This document shows positions 25,791 through 32,000 of a stretch of 32,000 bases of DNA, piece by piece. The stretch spans positions 540,001 to 572,000 of the forward strand of contig CP006868.1 in assembly GCA_025340205.1 (NCBI GenBank), given 5' to 3'. The number at the start of each line of letters is the position of its first letter. Position 1 is the first letter of the stretch. The position numbers were made by a program, and so were the translations under genes. Under the pieces are notes generated by a model. The model was not told where the DNA came from. It did not search any database and saw only the letters and a program-made list of their open reading frames with translations. The stretch is from Ignicoccus pacificus DSM 13166. Its GTDB lineage: Archaea > Thermoproteota > Thermoprotei_A > Sulfolobales > Ignicoccaceae.

Positions 25791-25873
25791 AAATCAAGAG
25801 TTCATCTTAATTACACGGTTCAAGCACAACAAAGCGAAAGTGATCCTGATAAAGGTTCCTTCCCTGTCTACCG

Positions 25874-27121
25874 TTGGGAGTTTTCTTGAGAACACGCTTC
25901 GCTAGATATTGGGGAAAGAAAGATGATGTGGATTTCCTCTTTAATGTAATAAAGGTAAAAGGGAAGAGCGTTATGGATCCCTTCGGTGGATCCGGTTCCT
26001 TGTTGTTCCTCGCCTCCAAGTTCGGTGCTTCCAAGACAATTTATGTAGATATTAACCCTTATGCCCATTATTTGGCAAGGTCCCTCCTCGTTAAATCGAA
26101 AACAAACGGAGTAGTAACGTTCATTGACTCCTTGGGCTCTCTTATACCTTATGTTAAAAATTCCCGTAAAGTAGAAGCAGAAGTCGGGGAGATCTACCCC
26201 TCAGACCCCCTCTACTGGGAGGACGACGAATGCTACCTGGATCGATCTAAGAGGGAGCGATGCTCCCCATTCGAAGGTGAACCGCTCTTCTGGTACCCCA
26301 CTTACCCGCTTCGATATGCCGACGGTACGCCTTTCCAAAAAAGGAGACAAGTGGAGAGAGTGGATCAGTTCTTCAGTAAGAGGGCCTTGATCGTGCTCTC
26401 TTATCTCTTTCATAAGATATCAGAGATAGGAGAAGATGGAAGAGTGCTACTCATATCCGCATTTCTGTCTTCTCTTTATCAGTCAAGCTTAATGGCTCGA
26501 GCGAACGGAGGCAGCTGGCCCGTTCAATGCTACTGGATACCAAGGAAACACATCGAGAGAAATCCTCTTAGGGTGTTCCTAAGGAAGCTTAAGATCGTTA
26601 CAAACGTTAACTCCGAAGCTCCCTTCGAAGAAGCCAAGAGTTTTGATGAATGGGATGAAGGAAAGGCGCTGCTCATCTGGAACGATGCCTTAAACGTACT
26701 GAAGGGTCTCGAGGAAGGAACGGTGGACGTCATAATCACGGATCCCCCGCACTTCGACGAAATCCAGTACTTGGAACTTAGCTTCTTGATGAACTCTTGG
26801 ATATGTTCCAAGGAGTGTTTAGAGAAGTTATTTGAGGAGGAAATAGTGGTGAACTACAAGAGGAAAAGAAGGCTTCATGATTACCTAAGAGCATTAGAGA
26901 ATCTTGGAGGACTAATAAGGGAAAAGGGAATAAGGAAATCCGTCTTTCTTTTACATGAAGAAAAAGAAGAGGTGCTAGAATCTATGATAGATGCTCTCTC
27001 GAGAGATCTAAAGATTGAGAAAGACATCACCATCGTCGCTTCGAAGCAAAGGAAAGTGGGGGCGAGGGTAAAAGGAGTGGAAGGTAGGACCTATAAGGTT
27101 GTAGTTCTCAGCGGGGGTTAA
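25874..27121 (+). CDS. amino (N6-A/N4-C type) DNA methyltransferase, motif order I then IV; resembles DUF1156-type methylases
   Basis: Motif I VMDPFGGSGSLLFLA (D at 25976), post-I YVDINPYAHYLA, and motif IV DVIITDPPHFDEIQYLELSFLMNSW (DPPH at 26741-26752). ARYWGKK and QFFSKRALIVLSYL recall the WWARRP and FT.RQLLAL blocks of DUF1156 methylases; this is from memory and not searched. TTG start. Confidence 0.8.
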   Translation: MGVFLRTRFARYWGKKDDVDFLFNVIKVKGKSVMDPFGGSGSLLFLASKFGASKTIYVDINPYAHYLARSLLVKSKTNGVVTFIDSLGSLIPYVKNSRKVEAEVGEIYPSDPLYWEDDECYLDRSKRERCSPFEGEPLFWYPTYPLRYADGTPFQKRRQVERVDQFFSKRALIVLSYLFHKISEIGEDGRVLLISAFLSSLYQSSLMARANGGSWPVQCYWIPRKHIERNPLRVFLRKLKIVTNVNSEAPFEEAKSFDEWDEGKALLIWNDALNVLKGLEEGTVDVIITDPPHFDEIQYLELSFLMNSWICSKECLEKLFEEEIVVNYKRKRRLHDYLRALENLGGLIREKGIRKSVFLLHEEKEEVLESMIDALSRDLKIEKDITIVASKQRKVGARVKGVEGRTYKVVVLSGG

Positions 27122-27124
27122 AGC

Positions 27125-27697
27125 GTGTCAGATGCTCACAATCTTCCAAAAGGAGTTAAAGCGGCAACAAGATCGTTCATAACCAGTTGTCCTCAATTCA
27201 AACCCCAGAAGAACTTCGCTGGAAAACACAACAAACTAGTAAAGAAACTGAAGGATAAATTAGCATCATGTGGCTTTGTATGTGAAACCGAAAGTTCGAT
27301 TAAAATCGAAGGTAGAGCTGGAAGAATCGACCTAAGTTGTGAAAGAGGTCATAACCTATACGTTATTGAAGTAAAAGGATTCGAACGTAGGGATCCTCAG
27401 CTTTTTCATCTAACTGACATACTTCAGCTAACGTCCTACGCGCTAGCGCTGAATAAGAAAAGAGATGTCATTAAAGCGATATTGCTCTACCGTGACGATG
27501 TGGAACATTTACTAAAATTAGATAACCCAAGTAAATGTTCCGCATTTCTCGAAAAGCGCGCTATAAGGTATGAAGATTATAAGGAACTAGTTGAAGAACT
27601 GCTCAACGCACCTATACCTTGGGGGAGGATAATAGGACCCTATTGTCTCTATTGTGTCAACTACGATCGTTGCTTCAACCTCTCTCAGGGGGGTTAA
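27125..27697 (+). CDS. Cas4/RecB-family PD-(D/E)xK nuclease with 4-Cys Fe-S cluster signature
   Basis: N-terminal Cys (TSCPQF), GRIDL (D69, nt 27329), VIEVKG (E82/K84, nt 27368-27376), QLTSY (the QxxxY motif) and C-terminal CLYCVNYDRC (CX2CX5C, nt 27644-27673). GTG start 3 nt after the methylase stop, with a G-rich SD-like tract upstream. Confidence 0.8.
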   Translation: MSDAHNLPKGVKAATRSFITSCPQFKPQKNFAGKHNKLVKKLKDKLASCGFVCETESSIKIEGRAGRIDLSCERGHNLYVIEVKGFERRDPQLFHLTDILQLTSYALALNKKRDVIKAILLYRDDVEHLLKLDNPSKCSAFLEKRAIRYEDYKELVEELLNAPIPWGRIIGPYCLYCVNYDRCFNLSQGG

Positions 27698-27700
27698 CTC

Positions 27701-30700
27701 ATGAGAACGTGGCTCTTCAAGAAACTCCGAAAAGAAGATAGGAAGGCAAGAATGATTTACCACGCTCTTGTCCAAGACCTAGTGTTAAACGACGTTGCTA
27801 CAATGCGAACGGGATATCCCCTTCACACTTTCCTAGTTACGGGCTTTGTCGAGAACGATGGTCAAAAGGTACCCAAGGCGGCATATTTCGTCTCTCCCTT
27901 ACCAGTCGTAATTCCAAGAACGGATATTAGATTAACCATGCCTCTTGAGTACGTGCTATATTCTTTCCTCTACACCGCTTACAGGTTAGAGGTCGGTCTT
28001 CCTGTATGTTTAAATGATTCCGCAGCACTCGTCAACGTTCCCCAAGAGTTCTTTAAAAATAGATATACGATAAAGAAGACGATAACTGAATGGGCCTTTG
28101 AAGATCCAAATAAGAACTTCGAAGAGGCTCTTATTTCCTTACTCTTAGACTTGGTTGACTCACTTTTACTGAGACCAACGACTCCCGACGTCTCATGGAG
28201 TGTGGATCCTTTACTTAGTAACGTACTAGAATATATTTCTGATCGCTTAGGAAAAATTATAAATATCGAGAAAGTAAAGAGAATGTTAAAGAGAGAGGGG
28301 TTGTCCGGATTACACTTCAAGAGCTTCCATGGTCTGTTAGTAAAACAACAAGCTGGTGCCTCCGCGTTACCAGACTACTCTAACGCGTTCAACGTGCTTC
28401 TCACTCCATCCGTAATTGAACTCCCCTCTGCAAAGGAGCTGTTCGAGTACGATTACAAGGAGGGTTTCTCCTACGACTTCTCTCAATTAAGGAACAAGCT
28501 TGAGGCGAGTATGACGAGCTTCCTAGGAGGAAGTGAGGAAGTCAAGAAGATCGTTGGGGCATTGTTCGAGACGCTTAAGGAACTGGGCTATACGCGAGCT
28601 TCTGCCTTTCAATACAGCTCGCTCTTGAAATTATTAGGGTCGGATAGTTCAAAGGAGAAATTAATCACCGTAGTATCTCCTACGGGAAGTGGGAAGACCC
28701 TTGTATTCTCACTATATTCAATGCTTAAGGTCCTTAAATACAAACTCGAAGGCAAATATAAAAAAGTGATCTTTGTCTATCCTAGAAAAACCTTGGAGGT
28801 TGATCAATTACAAAAGATCGTAGAGTTAATATTAACATTTAATCTCAAACTCCAAGAGAAAAAGATTAACAAAATAATCAAGATCGGTATAAGAGATGGT
28901 GATAGCCCTCAAAGACTTAGAAAGAAGGAAGAAATTAGAGGAATTAAAATAAAATTTAATAATAAAGAATATACTCTTTATCAAGGTATCCACGAAGATA
29001 AAGAAGCGAACTTCTTGGATAATAGGGTTCTTGAATATCTATATGTATGGGATGCTAAGGAAAACTCAAAAGAGAGAGATCCCTTTGAAGATGAAGAAAC
29101 TGATATAGTAATAACTAACCACTCTATGTTATATAAAAAAGCTATGGAGAAGAAAGGAGCTTTAAAGAACGTTGGCTTGATAGTGATCGATGAGGCCCAC
29201 GTCGTCTACAAGAGAGATTATTTAAGTACCATAAATGGGGCGCTAGCTCGCATCTACCAAGCAATAGCCGGATCTATATTAGAGAGAGAAACACTCGATG
29301 AGCTGAGCATTTCAGATGAGTTAGTGAACAAGTTCTTAGACAAGATAACTAATGAGCTTGAGGTCATGCTCTCAAGCGCCACCGCCGGCAGTAACGTACT
29401 TCTAAAGAACTCTTTCTTTACACAGAACATACAAGCGATAGTCGATCTAGGGCCTGTACCATTGAGTTCCTTGGAGGATTTCGCCTCTACTATCCTAGGC
29501 AAGAGAGTGGTTGAGGGGTACAGAAGGAGAAACGCCTTCATGACCCTAACCCCGCAGCCACCATCAAAAACTCTCAAGTCTCCATACAAACTCAAAGTTA
29601 TCTCAGCAGTCTCCACCTTCCATACTAAAAAATACCTCAATACCTTTGGTGAGATTTTAATAGATTTTACTCATGCGACCCTTGCATTGGAGAGATCCCA
29701 TCAGCTTGTATACGGAAAAAAGAAAAAGTACGTTTCACTAGCGTTTATTAACTCTAAAAAAGACATAAAAGATATCATGAAAATGTACGTGGAAAGATAT
29801 CTGGCTGAGGAAAGGGATCTAGCCGATAGGGCTCTCTTAACCGTAGATAAGGAAAGCTGGGTCGAATGGTCCCGATATCCAGAAACCTTCGCGAATACTT
29901 TAGAGGACAAACAAAGAGAGGGCAAATATGCATTCATTCTAAACTCTCAAGATTATCCCTTTTCCATCTCCTTGATCGACTCTAAAATTCGGAGGAGTGC
30001 GATAAAGCGCATAGGCATAGTCTTACAAGAAGCTGCTGAGAAGAGTGGTAACGCCTTTGAGTGGATAAATACAGACCCGCTACGCGACTTTCAAACCTTA
30101 AGCTTGTACTTGAACGTTTATGACATAAAAGCTCTTAGAAGCGGGTTCGAGAATCCTTACTTACTTATTACATCGTCGACGAACAATTACATAGCACAAA
30201 ACGTCTTGAATGCTGAACTTTGGGCCTATGATGTTACTCGAACCCATGATCTCAATTATAACGAAGATAGAAACAAATTAGAAGAAGCTCTTAAAAGAGG
30301 AAGAGCCTCGATATTATATCATCATGCTGACTTGAAGAAAGACATAAGAAGTTACTTAGAATCCGAAATCAAGAAGAAACCACCTCTAGTCCTTCTCGCA
30401 ACCTCTACGCTGGAAGTAGGAGTAGATTTACCGAACATACCCTTTGTAGTACAAGGAGGCATTGATTACGTCGAGACCGCTGACTTCTTGCAAAGAGTAG
30501 GAAGAAGCGGTCGTGCCGGAGAAACTTTCTTCATTTCCTTAGCAACTATCGTACTTAAAAACAGAGGCGTTGACAGTACGATCAGAAATGATGAAGAGTT
30601 AATAGAATATGCCGTAAACTTGAGACTGGGGCTGACCGCTTCCCCGCTAAGCGATCCTATAATAACTACCAAGCAAACGATTAGCCTAATCTACAATTTC

Positions 30701-31492
30701 AATAAGAATAAATATCCAGATATAATGGACATCATAAGGGATCGTGATGTCATAGGCTTTGTTAAAAGCGCCGCTATTGCTTACTCGGAATATCCGAAGG
30801 AATTTATACCCAATGTAACTAGAAACTTAAGAGTGTGGTTAATATACTATGCTACAGTGAAAGATGCTCTAGAAGGAGCTACACATACAAATAAGATTTC
30901 CGAGATAGGGTGTGATGAAGTAAATGAAAAAGAGATAATCAGCTTGCTATTAGCTAAGCTTTACTCGCCCCATATAACCATGGAACTTAAATCGCTCCTT
31001 CGCGAGCTCCTAAACACGCTCGAAATACCCACCAATCATAAGGAAGGTACAAAGTTCCTACTCATGATCAGTTCCTTCTTGGACCTAATTGATAAAAACG
31101 ATAAACTAACTGAACAAGAGCTAGAATTACTCGCTAAGGTGTTACGTTATCTCGCCCCAAGAGCATTACCTATCTTACCCACTTACCTACTAGACTATAT
31201 AATGAATAAGACCCTAAAAATTATAATAAGTAACGTAGATAAGGATAATAGAGAACTAATTAACTTAATGATCTGTATCTTGTATTGTGTTATAAAGAAC
31301 ATAAAGAGGGTGAGTGTTAAAGTAAGCAAAAGCTTTGAAGTGGATAGTTTGATAGATAGAGTGTTAAGAGATAACTTCTTTGGGTTATTCGAAGAATATG
31401 GGGCCCCAACGAATTCCAACAGCTGTGACGGACAGAGCTGCGATCCCAACTCTTTCCTCATGGCAAGTAGACCTCTGAGATATGAGAGGTGA
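27701..31492 (+). CDS. large SF2 DEAH-box helicase (1263 aa) with uncharacterised N- and C-terminal regions
   Basis: Motif I VSPTGSGKT (nt 28676 onward), Ia VYPRKTLEVDQ, II VIDEAH (DEAH at 29189-29200), III LSSAT, a IV-like YVSLAFINSKKD, YHHADL...R, V LLATSTLEVGVDLP and VI QRVGRSGRAG (30491-30520). ATG 3 nt after the nuclease stop. Confidence 0.9.
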   Translation: MRTWLFKKLRKEDRKARMIYHALVQDLVLNDVATMRTGYPLHTFLVTGFVENDGQKVPKAAYFVSPLPVVIPRTDIRLTMPLEYVLYSFLYTAYRLEVGLPVCLNDSAALVNVPQEFFKNRYTIKKTITEWAFEDPNKNFEEALISLLLDLVDSLLLRPTTPDVSWSVDPLLSNVLEYISDRLGKIINIEKVKRMLKREGLSGLHFKSFHGLLVKQQAGASALPDYSNAFNVLLTPSVIELPSAKELFEYDYKEGFSYDFSQLRNKLEASMTSFLGGSEEVKKIVGALFETLKELGYTRASAFQYSSLLKLLGSDSSKEKLITVVSPTGSGKTLVFSLYSMLKVLKYKLEGKYKKVIFVYPRKTLEVDQLQKIVELILTFNLKLQEKKINKIIKIGIRDGDSPQRLRKKEEIRGIKIKFNNKEYTLYQGIHEDKEANFLDNRVLEYLYVWDAKENSKERDPFEDEETDIVITNHSMLYKKAMEKKGALKNVGLIVIDEAHVVYKRDYLSTINGALARIYQAIAGSILERETLDELSISDELVNKFLDKITNELEVMLSSATAGSNVLLKNSFFTQNIQAIVDLGPVPLSSLEDFASTILGKRVVEGYRRRNAFMTLTPQPPSKTLKSPYKLKVISAVSTFHTKKYLNTFGEILIDFTHATLALERSHQLVYGKKKKYVSLAFINSKKDIKDIMKMYVERYLAEERDLADRALLTVDKESWVEWSRYPETFANTLEDKQREGKYAFILNSQDYPFSISLIDSKIRRSAIKRIGIVLQEAAEKSGNAFEWINTDPLRDFQTLSLYLNVYDIKALRSGFENPYLLITSSTNNYIAQNVLNAELWAYDVTRTHDLNYNEDRNKLEEALKRGRASILYHHADLKKDIRSYLESEIKKKPPLVLLATSTLEVGVDLPNIPFVVQGGIDYVETADFLQRVGRSGRAGETFFISLATIVLKNRGVDSTIRNDEELIEYAVNLRLGLTASPLSDPIITTKQTISLIYNFNKNKYPDIMDIIRDRDVIGFVKSAAIAYSEYPKEFIPNVTRNLRVWLIYYATVKDALEGATHTNKISEIGCDEVNEKEIISLLLAKLYSPHITMELKSLLRELLNTLEIPTNHKEGTKFLLMISSFLDLIDKNDKLTEQELELLAKVLRYLAPRALPILPTYLLDYIMNKTLKIIISNVDKDNRELINLMICILYCVIKNIKRVSVKVSKSFEVDSLIDRVLRDNFFGLFEEYGAPTNSNSCDGQSCDPNSFLMASRPLRYER

Positions 31493-32000
31493 ATGGAGAT
31501 GGTAAAGTTTCCCATGTTTTACTTAGTAAGAAATGGTTCTATAAAAGCCTTGACGTACTGTTCGAAGATTTGTGTACACAAAGGTACAATATCCATATTA
31601 TTATATGGAAATCCACTAAGGTATAACGCCAAAAATTGCATATTCGAAGCCATTGAGTACTCATTGCCAGAGGTAAACCACGCGGTTGAAAGCGACAACG
31701 ACTTAGCATCGCTTTGCAAGAACACTACGTGTATGAGCTACACTAATGATGAGAACTGCAAAAAAGCGTTAACTACCATATACTTACTGGATGAGGACTT
31801 CTATCAAGATCATAATAATAGTAATGTAATCGTAGTGTCCAAGTTGTGTGATACATCGAACAAGTTAGCATACGTTTACGCTCAAGCACAAGATGAATTT
31901 GATAAGAGACGTTACTCTCTTACGCTCCTCCTCCACGGATCCCCTTTTGAGAAACCCCAGAAGATCTCGAAGATCTTACTTAAGGGCAGTGTACCCCAAT
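31493..32000 (+). CDS. Cys-rich hypothetical protein, 5' partial (runs off the window)
   Basis: This ORF is not in the supplied track because it has no stop inside the window. By hand translation, the ATG at 31493 follows the helicase TGA directly and 169 codons are open to 31999 (MEMVKFPMFYLVRNGSIKALTYCSKICVHKG...). It has seven Cys. The SD-like gagaggtga lies at 31484-31492. Antisense ORFs 31195-31515 and 31519-31725 are rejected. Confidence 0.6.
   Translation, partial: MEMVKFPMFYLVRNGSIKALTYCSKICVHKGTISILLYGNPLRYNAKNCIFEAIEYSLPEVNHAVESDNDLASLCKNTTCMSYTNDENCKKALTTIYLLDEDFYQDHNNSNVIVVSKLCDTSNKLAYVYAQAQDEFDKRRYSLTLLLHGSPFEKPQKISKILLKGSVPQ

Noticed and set aside
27979-28320. Minus-strand ORFs inside the helicase gene (27979-28320, 29254-29640, 29701-29937, 30466-30672).
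   Set aside because: They are Ser/Leu/Phe/Lys-rich shadows of an AT-rich coding strand. The plus-strand frame carries all SF2 motifs in order.
31490-31492. TGA between the helicase and the downstream ORF read as selenocysteine or programmed readthrough.
   Set aside because: I see no SECIS-like context, and selenoproteins are not expected in this kind of archaeon. The immediately following ATG with an overlapping SD-like gaggtga makes termination-reinitiation the simpler explanation. The fission idea is kept as a finding.
31195-31725. Minus-strand ORFs 31195-31515 and 31519-31725.
   Set aside because: They overlap the helicase 3' end and the open plus-strand ORF that starts at 31493. The plus-strand reading fits the operon structure and has an SD-like site.
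1-32000. CRISPR arrays, tRNA/rRNA genes, IS elements or integrases, and terminal repeats bounding the AT-rich blocks.
   Set aside because: Scanning by eye found no regularly spaced 24-40 nt repeats, no cloverleaf-like GC-rich segments in the intergenic regions, and no transposase or integrase motifs in any ORF. Short direct repeats at the island borders could easily be missed without a computational repeat search.

Overview
This is a gene-dense archaeal chromosome segment. TFB, primase subunit PriL, ribosomal protein S27e, Nep1 and GTP cyclohydrolase III mark it as archaeal. Charged protein composition and frequent GTG/TTG starts suggest a hyperthermophilic crenarchaeote; the lineage is inference only. 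Positions 1 to about 23,700 are mostly housekeeping genes: an ABC ATPase, an aminotransferase, an MqnD-like protein, a TtuA/NcsA-type tRNA thiolase, a hydrogenase maturation protease, Nep1, an FAD-linked oxidase, SpeE, an M20 peptidase, GTP cyclohydrolase III, PriL, an S9 peptidase, agmatinase, TFB and a radical-SAM protein. Several secreted, Thr-rich or beta-rich surface proteins lie among them. Visibly AT-richer blocks interrupt this core at about 4.9-5.7 kb, 7.1-7.9 kb (no ORFs), 23.8-25.4 kb and 25.8-32.0 kb. The main finding is a tightly packed, same-strand operon at 25,874 to beyond 32,000. It encodes an amino-methyltransferase, a Cas4/RecB-type nuclease with an iron-sulfur Cys signature, a 1263-aa DEAH helicase and a Cys-rich ORF that runs off the window. 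It looks like an ATP-dependent, modification-linked defence module, but I cannot assign its part list to a named system. No tRNA, rRNA, CRISPR array, transposase or integrase was recognised. All calls rest on reading the ORF translations and the DNA by eye; no searches were run.
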